The notes: generated by a model not told the origin, from the letters alone. A stretch of 64,000 nucleotides of DNA from Nitrosopumilus sp. (GCA_965219345.1 OZ244732.1:1472001-1536000); one strand, 5' to 3'. Positions 21,801 to 31,521 are shown, counted from the stretch's first letter. Made by a program: numbers and translations.

Positions 21801-24800
21801 GTCACAGGTGATGCTAGCGATAGCGTACACGAGTACACACTATCCCGCCCCTTTGACACACTCACTGCCGACTTTGACAGCTCCTTCTCCGTGTTCTCAC
21901 AGGATACATCCCCGACAGGCCTGGCCTTCTCCAATGACGGAATAAGGATGTTTGTCGTGGGTGATTTCGGCAATGACATAAACGAGTACATACTGCCAAA
22001 GCCATTTGCGCTATTCCCACAGCCAAACTCCCTTGCCAGCTTTGCGGCAACCTTGGTCACAAACAACGTTGCACCGACACCGCCACCCGATGACATTGAT
22101 CCCTCGATAGATACCACCCTGCCAACAATCACCGCAGCTGCCGTGACCTCCCTTACCGAGATACTCCTGACGTACAGCGAGGACATAGACGTCACAACCA
22201 CGGACGGCGAAGGATTCGCCCTTTCCACCGGAACGGTGCATGCAAACACCGATCCCGCCGGTACGGCAGACACCATAACACTTACCGTCTCCGGCATTAC
22301 CGCATCCGATGCTCCAGACGTGATTTACACCGAGTCTGATGGCAACGTGGAAGATACCGCGTCAAACGAGGCAGCGAGCCAGACCTTTACCGGCACCACC
22401 CAGCTGCCGGACACTATTCCACCAACAATCACCGCAGCTTCCGTGACCTCGGCTACCAGCATAACCCTGACGTACAGCGAGAACATAGACGTCACAACCA
22501 CAAACGGCGCGGGATTCTCCCTTTCCACCGGGCAAGTGTCGGCAAACACCGATCCCGCCGGTTCGGACGACACCATAACCCTTACCGTCTCTGGCATCAC
22601 AACATCCGATGCTCCAGCTATAACTTACATCGCTCCACCTGGCACCGTGGTTGACGCGGAATCAAACCCGGCAGCAGACCAGACCTTTACCGGCACAACC
22701 GATGACGCGCCTCCAACCGTGTCCTCCATTGCAACTGCCAGCACATCAACAATTAACATCGTGCTGTCCGAAAACGTCACAATAAACGGTGCGGCACCGG
22801 AAGACTTTGTGCTGTCCAGCACCATATCCACAGACCCGGCCGTGACCGGAATCACCGCTGTTACAAACAACACGGTAGCCCTTGCCCTTGACGATACGCT
22901 TGACAGCAATGATGCCATCCTCCTGGCATACACCAAGACCACGGGCAGCATAGATGACATCCCTCTTCCGCCCCTTCTCAGCTCCTTCCCAGTAGGTATA
23001 CAAGGCTCGGGATCAAACGGCATGGCCTTCTCTAATGACGGAACAAGGATGTTTGTAGTGAGTAGTGGTAGTGGTAGCGATAACGATGCCGTACACCAGT
23101 ACACACTAACCGCCCCCTTTGACGTATCCACTGCCACCTTTGTCGACTCTTTCTCAGTGGCATCACAAGACACAGTACCGCAAGGCCTGGCCTTCTCTGG
23201 TGACGGAACAAAGATGTTTGTTGTGGGTGGTTTCGACAATAACATAAACGAGTACACACTATCCGCCGCCTTTGACGTGTCCACTGCCACCTCTGCCAAC
23301 TCCTTCTCAGTGGCATCACAAGACACAGCCCCGCTAGACATGGCCTTCTCTGCTGACGGAACAAAGATGTTTGTCTTGGGCGGTGCTGGCGATGCCGTAT
23401 ACGAGTACACGCTAACCGCCCCCTTTGACGTATCGAATGTCGCCGGCACATCAGATGTCACCTTTGTCGACTCTTTCCCAGTGGCATCAGAAGACACAGC
23501 CCCGACAGGCCTGGCCTTCTCTGGTAACGGAACTAGGATGTTCGTTGTAGGTAATTTTAACGATGCCGTATACGAGTACGCACTAACCGCCCCCTTTGAC
23601 GTGTCCACTGCCACCTCTGCCAACTCCTTCTCAGTATCCTCACAGGACCAATCCCCGACAGGCCTGGCCCTCTCTGCTGACGGAACGAGGATATTTGTCT
23701 TGGGTGATAACAGCGAGAACGTACACCAGTACGCGCTATCTGAACCATTTACGTTATTCCTACAGCCAAACTCCCTTGCCAGCTTTGCGGCAATGTCAGT
23801 CACAAACAACATTGCATCACCACCCGCTGAAATTGATCCCTCGATAGATACCACCCCACCAACAATCATCGCAGCTGCCGTGACCTCCCTTACCGAGATA
23901 CTCCTGACGTACAGCGAGGACATAGACGTCACAACCACGGACGGCACGGGATTCGCCCTCTCCGTCGGAACGGTGCATGCAAACACCGATCCCGCCGGTT
24001 CGAACGACACCATAACCCTTACCGTCTCCGGCATCGCCGCATCCTATACTCCAGCTATAAGTTATACCACATCTGATGGCACCGTGACAGATACCGCGTC
24101 AAACCAGGCAGCAAACCAGGTCTTTGCCGGCACCACCCCGCTACCCGATACCACCCCACCAACAATCACCGCAGCTGCCGTGACCTCGGCTACCAGCATA
24201 GTCCTGACGTACAGCGAGAACATAGACGTCACAACTACAGACGGCGAAGGATTCGCCCTCTCTGATGGAGGAACGGTGTCGGCAAACTCTGATCCCGCCA
24301 GTACGGACGACACCATAACCCTTACCGTCTCTGGCATCACAGCATCCGATGCTCCAAACGTGATTTACACCGAGTCTGATGGCTCCGTGACAGACAGCGC
24401 ATCAAACCCGGCAGCGAACCAGACCTTTACCGGCACCACCCCGCTGCCGGACACCGTTCCACCGGAAATCACCGCAGCTGCCGTGACCTCGGCTATCAGC
24501 ATAGTCCTGACGTACAGCGAGAACATAGACGTCAGCACCACAAACGGCCAAGGATTCTCCCTCTCCGTCGGACAGGTGACGACAAACACCGATCCCGCCG
24601 GTTCGGCAGACACCATAACCCTTACGGTCTCCGGCATCCCCTCTACCTCTCATAGACCGGATGTGACTTACGCCGCATCTGATGGCACCGTGACAGACAG
24701 CGCGTCAAACCCGGCAGCAAGCCAGACCTTTACCGGCACAACCGATGACGCGCCGCCAACGGTATCTTCCATCGAAACTTCCAGCACATCAACAAATGCA

Positions 24801-27800
24801 ATTGACGTCGTGCTGTCCGAAAACGTTACAATAAACGGTGCGACACCGGAAGACTTTGCGCTGTCCGGCACCCTATCCACATACCAGCGCGTGACCGGAA
24901 TCACGGCCCTTGCCGACACGGTAACCCTTACCCTCAATGATACGCTTGACAGTGATGATGTCATCAGCCTGGCATACACCAAAGGCACTGGCAGCATAGA
25001 TGACATTTCTCTCACGTCCTTTGTTGATTCTTTCTCAACAGTTTTCCAAGATATATCCCCACAGGGTTTGGCATTCTCTGGTGACGGAACAAAGATGTTT
25101 GTCGCAGGTGGTGATACCGATACCGTATACGAGTACGCACTAGCTGTCCCCTTTGACGTGTCCACTGTCCGCTACAATGGCAACTCCTTCTCAGTGGCTT
25201 CACAGGACACATCCCCACAGGGTTTGGCCTTCTCTAATGACGGTACCAGGATGTTTGTCGCAGGTAATTTCGGCAATGACGTAAACGAGTACACGCTAAC
25301 CGCCCCCTTTGACGTGTCCACTGTCACCTTTGTCGACTCTTTCTCAGTGGCTTCACAAGACGAATCCCCACAGGGTTTGGCCTTCTCCAATGACGGTACT
25401 AGGATGTTTGTCGCAGGTCGCGTTAGCAATGCCGTATACGAGTACGCGCTGACCGCCCCCTTTGACGTGTCCACTGCCAGCTATGGCAGCTCCTTCCCAG
25501 TAGGTTCACAGGACACATCCCCACAGGGCCTGGCCTTCTCCAACGACGGAACAAGGATGTTTGTCGCAGGTGATATTGGCAATGACGTAAACGAGTACAC
25601 ACTAACCTCCCCCTTTGACGTATCCACTGCCACCTTTGTCGACTTTTTCTCACTGGCGACATCAAGCGCATCATCCCCGCAGGGTTTGGCCTTCTCCAAT
25701 GACGGTACCAGGATGTTTGTTGCGGATTTTGATACCTTTGGCGTACACGAGTACGCGCTGTCAAAGCCATTTGCGCTATTCCCACAGCCAAACTCGCTTG
25801 CCAGCTTTGCGGCAACCTTGGTCACAAACAACATTGCATCACCACCCGCTGAAATTGATCCCTCGATAGATACCACCCCACCAACAATCACCGCAGCTGC
25901 CGTGACCTCCCTTACCGAGATACTCCTGACATACAGCGAGAACATAGACGTCACAACCACGGACGGCACGGGATTCGCCCTTTCCACCGGAACGGTGCAT
26001 GCAAACACCGATCCCGCCAGTACGGCAGACACCATAACCCTTACCGTCTCCGGCATCGCCGCATCCGATACTCCAGCTATAAGTTATACCACATCTGATG
26101 GCACCGTGACAGATACCGCGTCAAACCAGGCAGCAAACCAGGTCTTTGCCGGCACCACGGCGCTGCCGGACACCATTCCGCCAACAATCACCGCAGCTGC
26201 CGTGACCTCCCTTACCGAGATACTCCTGACGTACAGCGAGAACATAGACGTCACAACCACGGACGGCGCAGGATTCACCCTCTCTGACGGAGGAACGGTG
26301 TCGGCAAACTCTGATCCCGCCAGTACGGACGACACCATAACCCTTACCGTCTCTGGTATCACCACAGCATCCGATGCTCCAAACGTGATTTACACCGAGT
26401 CTGATGGCTCCGTGACAGATACCGCGTCAAACCCGGCAGCAAACCAGACCTTTACCGGCACCACCCCGCTGCCGGACACTGTTCCACCGGAGATCACCGC
26501 AGCTGCCGTGACCTCGGCTACCAGCATAGTCCTGACGTACAGCGAGAACATAGACGTCACAACCACAGACGGCGCAGGATTCACCCTCTCTGACGGACAA
26601 GTGACGGCAAACACCGATCCCGCCGGTTCGGACGACACCATAACGCTTGCCGTCTCCGGCATCACAGCATTCGATGCTCCAAACGTGATTTACACCGAGT
26701 CTGATGGCTCCGTGACAGATACCGCGTCAAACCAGGCCGAAGACCAGACCTTTGCCGGCACCACGGCGCCGCCGGACACTATTCCACCAACAATCACCGC
26801 AGCTGCCGTGACCTCCCTTACCGAGATACTCCTGACATACAGCGAGAACATTGACGTCAGCACCACGAACGGCGCAGGATTCGCCCTCTCTGACGGAGGA
26901 ACAGTGTCGGCAAACACCGATCCCGACAATTCGGGCAACACCATAATCCTTACCGTCTCTGGCATCACCACAGCTGATACTCCAGCCATAACCTACACCG
27001 CTCCACCTGGCACCGTGGTTGACAACGCGTCAAACCCGGCAGCAGACCAGACCTTTGCCGGCACCACCCCGCTACCCGATACTATTCCACCAAGAATCAC
27101 CGCAGCTGCCGTGACCTCCCTTACCGAGATACTCCTGACGTACAGCGAGAACATTGACGTCACAGCCACGAACGGCGCAGGATTCGCCCTCTCTGACGGA
27201 GGAACAGTGTCGGCAAACACCGATCCCGACAATTCGGGCAACACCATAATCCTTACCGTCTCTGGCATCACCACAGCTGATACTCCAGCCATAACCTACA
27301 CCGCTCCACCTGGCACCGTGGTTGACAACGCGTCAAACCCGGCAGCAGACCAGACCTTTGCCGGCACCACCCCGCTACCCGATACTATTCCACCAAGAAT
27401 CACCGCAGCTGCCGTGACCTCCCTTACCGAGATACTCCTGACATACAGCGAGAACATAGACGTCACAGCCACGAACGGCGAAGGATTCGCCCTCTCTGAC
27501 GGAGGAACAGTGTCGGCAAACACCGATCCCGCCGGTACGGGCAACACCATAATCCTTACCGTCTCTGGTATCACCACAGCATCCGATGCTCCAAACGTGA
27601 TTTACACCGAGTCTGACGGCACCGTGACAGATACCGCGTCAAACCCTGCAGCGAGCCAGACCTTTGCCGGCACCACCCCGCTACCCGATACTATTCCACC
27701 AACAATCACCGCAGCTGCCGTGACCTCCCTTACCGAGATAGTCCTGACGTACAGCGAGAACATAGACGTCACAGCCACAAACGGCCAAGGATTCGCCCTC

Positions 27801-30056
27801 TCTGACGAAGGAACGGTGTCGGCAAACACCGATCCCGACAATTCGGGCAACACCATAATCCTTACCGTCTCCGGCATTACCGACACATCCGATGCTCCAA
27901 ACGTGATTTACACCGAGTCTGACGGCACCGTGACAGATACCGCATCAAACCCTGCAGCGAGCCAGACCTTTACCGGCACCACCCCGCTGCCGGACACTAT
28001 TCCACCAACAATCACTGCGGCTTCTATGACCTCGGCTACCAACATGACCCTGACATACAGCGAGAACATAGACGTCACAACCACGAACGGCGCAGGATTC
28101 GCCCTCTCTGACGGAGGAACAGTGTCGGCAAACACCGATCCCGACAATTCGGGCAACACCATAATCCTTACCGTCTCCGGCATTACCGACACATCCGATA
28201 CTCCAGCCATCACCTATACCGCTCCACCTGGCACCGTGGTTGACAACGCGTCAAACCAGGCAGCAAACCAGACCTTTACCGGTACAACCGATAACGCGCC
28301 GCCAACCGTATCCTCCATTGCAACTGCCGGCACATCAACAATTGATATCGTGCTGTCCGAAGACGTCACAATAAACGGTGCGGCACCCGAAGACTTTGCG
28401 CTGTCCGGCACCATATCCACGGACCCAGTCGTAACCGGAATCACCGCCATTGCCGCCGCTGCTGCCAACACGGTCACCCTTGCCCTTGACGATACGCTTG
28501 ATCATGACGATGTCATCCTCCTGGCATACACCAAGACCACGGGCAGCATAGATGACATTCCTGCCGCTTCTGTCATCCTTGACACCTCCTTCTCCGTGTC
28601 CTCACAGAGCGACTTCCCGACAGGCCTAACCTTCTCTGCCAACGGAACAAAGATGTTTGTTCTAAGTGATGGTGACGATGCCGTATACGAGTACGCGCTA
28701 ACCGCCCCCTTCGACGTGTCTTCCGCCACCTTTACCAGATCTGACGTGTCTTCCGCCACCTTTACCAACTCTTCCTCAATGCCACAGGACACACTCCCGA
28801 CAGGCCTAACCTTCTCTGCCAACGGAACAAGGATGTTTGTCGTAGGTGATAGTCAAAACGTAATCGAGTACACGCTAACCGCCCCCTTTGACCTGTCTGC
28901 TGCTGTCACCTTTGCCAGCTTCTTCTCAGTGGCATCGCAAGTACAATCCCCGACAGGCCTAACCTTCTCTGCCAACGGAACAAAGATGTTTGTCGTGGAT
29001 GACAATGACGATGCCGTATACGAGTACACATTAACCGCCCCCTTTGACGTATCCACTGCCGTCCCTGCCGGCTCCTTCTCCATATCCTCACAGGACACAT
29101 TGCCATTTGGCATAACCTTCTCCGATGACGGTACCAGGATGTTTGTCGTAGGTAATTCTAACGGCAAGGTAAACGAGTACGCATTAACCACCGCCTTTGC
29201 CGTATCCACTGCCTCCTTTGCCGGCTCTTTTTCAACAGTTCCACAAGAGACGTTCCCATATGACCTGGCCTTCTCCGGTGACGGTACCACGATGTTCGTC
29301 GTAGGCATTAATAGCGATGCCGTATACCAGTACGCGCTGCCCGAACCGTTTACGCTATTCCCACAGCCAAACTCGCTTGCCAGCTTTGCGGCAGCCCCAG
29401 TCACAAACAACAACATTGCACCGCCCGTTGCGGATGATACGGAGGAACCAGAACCTGAACCGGAAAGAAAGCCCGAAAAGAGTGGTAGAGGCGGTGGTGG
29501 CGGCGGCCGTACCGGCGTCAGTCCAGCCGGAGGAGGAGAACCCCTGTCCAACATTGAGCTTTACGGCGTTTCATGGAACTGTGAGACGGGCCTAATCAGA
29601 ATAATAACCGGTGATGACTCGCCTACGCTGTCGGTATCCGTCAGAACCTCCATTGGCGGCCTGGCCGAGGCCAGCCTGTCCGATGAAAGAATACCCGGCA
29701 GCAAGGTATTCACATCCCATATGGGGCCTTCCGAGACATACCTTGGCATACTGCTGGTGGACATAGCGGGACGGGACAGCAACATTAGAAACGAAAGCAT
29801 CAGCATAAAACAGTGCGTTGGCGAGAAGACATATGATGGTGATGGTGATGGTGATGGTGATGGTGATGGTGACGCATCCGATACGCCAAAAAAGTCCCAG
29901 TCCAGTAGTAGCAGCAGCAGCGCATCCAAAGGCGACATGGAATGCAAGCCGGGCTTTACGCTGGTCAAGAACCTGAGAGATGATCTTGCCTGCCTCCTTG
30001 ACCGCTCGGTACAGCCGCTGATGGAGCGCGGCTGGGTAGAATCAATAGTCGGATAA
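15816..30056 (+). CDS. Giant (4,746 aa) secreted repetitive surface protein/adhesin: ~100 aa SwmB/Ig-like repeats and seven beta-propeller-like modules
   Basis: Signal peptide (ISFVILISTLMLASLSIVPAHA); PTITAAAVTS..I.LTYSENIDV repeats; P.GLAFS.DGTKMFV....VYEYTLTAPFDVST blades; C-terminal ECKPG...ACL...LMERGW motif; probable start ATG 15834. Confidence 0.9.
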   Translation: MCENKEMERISFVILISTLMLASLSIVPAHAAEHPTIIAASVTSATSIVLTYSENVDVNATDGAGFGLSDGGKVTANTDPAGSGNTITLTVSGITNTSDTPDVTYIESDGTVADGASNPAASQIFTGTVDDAPPTVSSIATSSASTIDIVLSENVTVNGAAPGDFVLSGTISTDPTVTGITAAADTVTLSLNDTLDGDDVIRLAYTRTMSSIDDISLTSFVDSFSVKAIEDEDPRSLAFSGDGYKIFILDGIADAVHEYTLTAPFDISNAAPVSSFSVASEDEDPRGLAFSGDGTKMFVVGTFDDGDVHEYALAVPFNISDATSANSFSTRSQDSYPRSLAFSGDGTKMFVVDSIGKDVNEYTLTAPFDISNATFVDSFSLVPSNVTFPQGLTFSNDGTRMFVVDSNSNDVHEYALTAPFDVSTATFVDSFSLVPSNIAFPQGLTFSNDGTRMFVTDFDTSDVYEYALSKPFTLFPQPNSLDSFVTTLVTNNIVPPTITAAAVTSLTEIVLTYSENVDVTTTNGEGFTLSVGTVTANTDPAGSDDTITLTVSGITTSDAPVITYIAPPGTVVDAESNPAADQTFTGTTDDAPPIVFSIATSNMSAIDIVLSEDVTVSSVAPEDFVLSSTISTDPTVTGITALNDTVTLSLNDTLAHNDVISLAYNKATGSIDDILAPPSFVGSFSVASQDNTPTGLAFSDDGTKMFVVGLTGTDINEYALTAPFDISNADFVDSFSVGSQEAFPADLAFSANGTKMFVIGLAGNDINKYTLTAPFDVSTASFVDSFQVSQTDISPRSLAFSNDGTKMFVLDIFGGDSYVNEYTLNGPFDVSTSSFVDSFSVASHAPSPQGLAFSDDGTKMFVSSSDNDAVIKYALTAPFDVSTASFVDSFSVSSQGFALTALAFSDDGTRMFVLENDSNAVYEYALSEPFTLFPQPNSLASFAAMSVTNNIVPLDTVPPTITAAAVTSLTEIVLTYSEDIDVTTTNGAGFTLSVGTVSATSDPAGSDDTITLTVSGITTSDTPNVTYTASDGSVADSALNQAASQTFTGTTDNAPPTVLSIVTNDTSTINIVLSENVTINGAAPEDFALSSTISTDPAVTGITAVTNNTVALALDDTLDSNDVILLAYTKTTGSIDDIPLPPLDGSFPVDMQDSESTGLAFSNDGTRMFVVSTGSDSDNDAVHQYTLTAAFDVSTATFVDSFSVGSQDTFPSGLAFSGDGTKMFVVGSFDNNINEYTLTTAFDVSTATSANSFSVSSQDILPLDMAFSADGTKMFVLGDAGDDINEYTLSAPFDVSNVAGTSDVTFVDSFPVASQDRSTQGLTFSADGTRMFVVGSINGAVYGYALTAAFDVSTATFVDSFSVTSQDRFPRGLAFSADGTRIFVLGSDSKNVHQYALSEPFTLFQQPNSLASFAAMSVTNNIPSDTTPPTITAAAVTSLTEITLTYSENIDVTTTNGEGFTLSVGQVTANTDPDNSDDTITLTISGITASDAPDVIYTESDGSVTDGASNPAASQTFTGTTPLPDTIPPTITAAAVTSLTEILLTYSENIDVTTTNGEGFILFVEGTVSANSDPDNSGNTITLTVSGITASDAPNVIYTESDGSVTDGASNPAASQTFTGTTPLPDTVPPTITAAAVTSATSITLTYSENIDVTTTNGQGFSLSVGQVTTNTDPAGSADTITLTVSGIPSTSHRPDVTYAASDGTVTDSASNPAASQTFTGTVDDAPPTVSSIETSSTSTNAIDVVLSEDVTVNSVESRDFVLSGTISTNPALTAVTVAADTLTLHLNAALAHDDVINLAYTKTTGSIDDIALPSFVDSFPVASRDTFPSGLAFSNDGTKMFVAGDSTDSVHQHVLSAPFDVSTSNFVRSFSINAQSTSPQGLAFSNDGTKMFVTDSFKSTVNEYTLSAPFNISNATFVQSTSLALNALQPHGLAFSTNGTLMFVASDFNDSVYNYLLSTPFDLSSYIPIDSFSVASQDVDPRHLAFSNDGTKMFVTGDASDSVHEYTLSRPFDTLTADFDSSFSVFSQDTSPTGLAFSNDGIRMFVVGDFGNDINEYILPKPFALFPQPNSLASFAATLVTNNVAPTPPPDDIDPSIDTTLPTITAAAVTSLTEILLTYSEDIDVTTTDGEGFALSTGTVHANTDPAGTADTITLTVSGITASDAPDVIYTESDGNVEDTASNEAASQTFTGTTQLPDTIPPTITAASVTSATSITLTYSENIDVTTTNGAGFSLSTGQVSANTDPAGSDDTITLTVSGITTSDAPAITYIAPPGTVVDAESNPAADQTFTGTTDDAPPTVSSIATASTSTINIVLSENVTINGAAPEDFVLSSTISTDPAVTGITAVTNNTVALALDDTLDSNDAILLAYTKTTGSIDDIPLPPLLSSFPVGIQGSGSNGMAFSNDGTRMFVVSSGSGSDNDAVHQYTLTAPFDVSTATFVDSFSVASQDTVPQGLAFSGDGTKMFVVGGFDNNINEYTLSAAFDVSTATSANSFSVASQDTAPLDMAFSADGTKMFVLGGAGDAVYEYTLTAPFDVSNVAGTSDVTFVDSFPVASEDTAPTGLAFSGNGTRMFVVGNFNDAVYEYALTAPFDVSTATSANSFSVSSQDQSPTGLALSADGTRIFVLGDNSENVHQYALSEPFTLFLQPNSLASFAAMSVTNNIASPPAEIDPSIDTTPPTIIAAAVTSLTEILLTYSEDIDVTTTDGTGFALSVGTVHANTDPAGSNDTITLTVSGIAASYTPAISYTTSDGTVTDTASNQAANQVFAGTTPLPDTTPPTITAAAVTSATSIVLTYSENIDVTTTDGEGFALSDGGTVSANSDPASTDDTITLTVSGITASDAPNVIYTESDGSVTDSASNPAANQTFTGTTPLPDTVPPEITAAAVTSAISIVLTYSENIDVSTTNGQGFSLSVGQVTTNTDPAGSADTITLTVSGIPSTSHRPDVTYAASDGTVTDSASNPAASQTFTGTTDDAPPTVSSIETSSTSTNAIDVVLSENVTINGATPEDFALSGTLSTYQRVTGITALADTVTLTLNDTLDSDDVISLAYTKGTGSIDDISLTSFVDSFSTVFQDISPQGLAFSGDGTKMFVAGGDTDTVYEYALAVPFDVSTVRYNGNSFSVASQDTSPQGLAFSNDGTRMFVAGNFGNDVNEYTLTAPFDVSTVTFVDSFSVASQDESPQGLAFSNDGTRMFVAGRVSNAVYEYALTAPFDVSTASYGSSFPVGSQDTSPQGLAFSNDGTRMFVAGDIGNDVNEYTLTSPFDVSTATFVDFFSLATSSASSPQGLAFSNDGTRMFVADFDTFGVHEYALSKPFALFPQPNSLASFAATLVTNNIASPPAEIDPSIDTTPPTITAAAVTSLTEILLTYSENIDVTTTDGTGFALSTGTVHANTDPASTADTITLTVSGIAASDTPAISYTTSDGTVTDTASNQAANQVFAGTTALPDTIPPTITAAAVTSLTEILLTYSENIDVTTTDGAGFTLSDGGTVSANSDPASTDDTITLTVSGITTASDAPNVIYTESDGSVTDTASNPAANQTFTGTTPLPDTVPPEITAAAVTSATSIVLTYSENIDVTTTDGAGFTLSDGQVTANTDPAGSDDTITLAVSGITAFDAPNVIYTESDGSVTDTASNQAEDQTFAGTTAPPDTIPPTITAAAVTSLTEILLTYSENIDVSTTNGAGFALSDGGTVSANTDPDNSGNTIILTVSGITTADTPAITYTAPPGTVVDNASNPAADQTFAGTTPLPDTIPPRITAAAVTSLTEILLTYSENIDVTATNGAGFALSDGGTVSANTDPDNSGNTIILTVSGITTADTPAITYTAPPGTVVDNASNPAADQTFAGTTPLPDTIPPRITAAAVTSLTEILLTYSENIDVTATNGEGFALSDGGTVSANTDPAGTGNTIILTVSGITTASDAPNVIYTESDGTVTDTASNPAASQTFAGTTPLPDTIPPTITAAAVTSLTEIVLTYSENIDVTATNGQGFALSDEGTVSANTDPDNSGNTIILTVSGITDTSDAPNVIYTESDGTVTDTASNPAASQTFTGTTPLPDTIPPTITAASMTSATNMTLTYSENIDVTTTNGAGFALSDGGTVSANTDPDNSGNTIILTVSGITDTSDTPAITYTAPPGTVVDNASNQAANQTFTGTTDNAPPTVSSIATAGTSTIDIVLSEDVTINGAAPEDFALSGTISTDPVVTGITAIAAAAANTVTLALDDTLDHDDVILLAYTKTTGSIDDIPAASVILDTSFSVSSQSDFPTGLTFSANGTKMFVLSDGDDAVYEYALTAPFDVSSATFTRSDVSSATFTNSSSMPQDTLPTGLTFSANGTRMFVVGDSQNVIEYTLTAPFDLSAAVTFASFFSVASQVQSPTGLTFSANGTKMFVVDDNDDAVYEYTLTAPFDVSTAVPAGSFSISSQDTLPFGITFSDDGTRMFVVGNSNGKVNEYALTTAFAVSTASFAGSFSTVPQETFPYDLAFSGDGTTMFVVGINSDAVYQYALPEPFTLFPQPNSLASFAAAPVTNNNIAPPVADDTEEPEPEPERKPEKSGRGGGGGGRTGVSPAGGGEPLSNIELYGVSWNCETGLIRIITGDDSPTLSVSVRTSIGGLAEASLSDERIPGSKVFTSHMGPSETYLGILLVDIAGRDSNIRNESISIKQCVGEKTYDGDGDGDGDGDGDASDTPKKSQSSSSSSSASKGDMECKPGFTLVKNLRDDLACLLDRSVQPLMERGWVESIVG
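29835..29870 (+). repeat. (GATGGT)6 in-frame microsatellite encoding (DG)6
   Basis: Read directly from the sequence. Confidence 0.9.
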
Positions 30057-30149
30057 CACGTGTGTACGGTAGTGAGGCAAAGCCGCAATCGCGCTTGCCT
30101 GTATGGTTACGTCACGCATGACCCTGTCTTTGGTCTAGTAGTCTCATCG

Positions 30150-30321
30150 GGTTCTGGTAAAAAACGGTGATCAAGATCACCAAAAATTAACAGCAGGGTT
30201 ATGACAGATAATTTCAAGAAAATTACCATGTACTAATTATCCTAGGATTTCAAAGAGCGATTCGGAGAGAGGATCCATATCTGATGATTTATGGTGCAGA
30301 TCACCAGAATTTACTAGAATC
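30150..30321. mobile_element. IS6-like terminal repeat / MITE-like element
   Basis: Starts GGTTCTGGTAAAAAACGGTGATC, ends GATCACCAGAATTTACTAGAATC; contains GATCACCAAAAATTAACAGCAGGGT, nearly identical to the TIR sequence at 38443. Confidence 0.7.
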
Positions 30322-30535
30322 GGTGTTGCCGTTGTTGCAGAAATTATTCTTGTATCTGACATTTTTGTCCTGATTGAGAAGATGGTTTTTTCTTAAAAAG
30401 TCAAAATAATTGAGAATTAGTGTTATGTTGCGTTAGTGGAGCTTGACTCATAATTTTTACACTAGAAAGTTGGCGTGAGTTTTCGACAAATCAAAATAGA
30501 TGTAAAGATAGGGTGGTAGATAAAAAGTTAGGTGA

Positions 30536-31509
30536 TTATCGATCATTCACCACCAGTACATAATCAGGCAATAATGAGAAAGTATCTTCATCTCTATTGT
30601 TGTATCTCCATGCCATCTCCTTGATGTACAACAGAAACTTTTCAGAACTGACACCGTGATGCTTTGCCATTCTCTCTTTTGCAAAACTCCAAAAATCCTC
30701 AGTTCCGTTGATGCAGACATCGCCTTTTCCAAACATCCTACCGTGATCAGCTGACAAATGACGATAACCATGGAACATCAACGAATCATGATCTTTCCAC
30801 CTGTCTGTATACGCAATGCCTCCTTTCCTTACTTTCTTGACGGTTCCGGCAAGAAGTGTACTGACTTTCACATCTGTGACAATCTCAACGTGAACCTTTC
30901 CCTTTCTCTCCAAAATTCCAAATACAATTGTCCTGTTTTTGGCACCGCGTCCGCGATTTCCCTTTCCTTTGCCTCCAAAATACGCCTCATCAGCCTCAAT
31001 TTTGCCCTTTGGTTTCCTGTCTGACCTTGCAAGATGGCATGATATGGAGTGGTGCATACAGTCAAATGCATTTAGTGCGGTAGGATGACTGACATCTGCT
31101 TCCCTTGCTGCACGCAGGATGAAAACCAGGTAACGAAATCTGTCCTCTTCGTAGGATGACTGACATCTGCTTCCCTTGCTGCACGTCTTGCACTAATCCT
31201 AGGATCAAAGAGTTTGGTTAGAATCAACCATTTTGTAAAACCAATATTGATTGTATCCAACCATGTTCCGCCAAACGGCCTGTAATCTATTTTACAATCT
31301 TTGCACCTTAACTTTCCTCTTAATATGATGTAATACTTTTTGGAACCGCATGAGGTACGATGAACTGTATTTTTCTTTTGGAATTCCTTACAGGGAAATT
31401 CCAATGCGGCTGATTTGTTGTAAGTTATTTTGGATAGTTCAATCAGGTTGATTGTTTTTCCTAATAATTGTGTGAAATCAGTTGGCGGTAACAGGTTTAC
31501 AATCACCAA
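30536..31509 (-). pseudogene. IS1595-family (ISXO2-like) transposase split by a 71 bp repeat-spacer insertion
   Basis: Zn finger (RCKDC), EADEAYFGGK.KG.RGRGA, VFGILER, YTD, NG.E.FWS.AK, WRYN; 5' boundary uncertain. Confidence 0.88.
31080..31185. repeat. Repeat-spacer-repeat unit 2: 35 bp duplication flanking a 36 bp insert
   Basis: GTAGGATGACTGACATCTGCTTCCCTTGCTGCACG at 31080-31114 and 31151-31185. Confidence 0.95.
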
Positions 31510-31521
31510 AAAGAAAAAAAA

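Noticed and set aside
28713-28767. 25 bp duplication with a 5 bp gap in the adhesin (DVSSATFT twice)
   Set aside because: In-frame 30 bp tandem duplication with no spacer-sized insert; better explained by slippage
16127-30088. Many long minus-strand ORFs inside the giant gene
   Set aside because: Antisense shadows of a repetitive, codon-biased CDS; they repeat with the sense-strand modules
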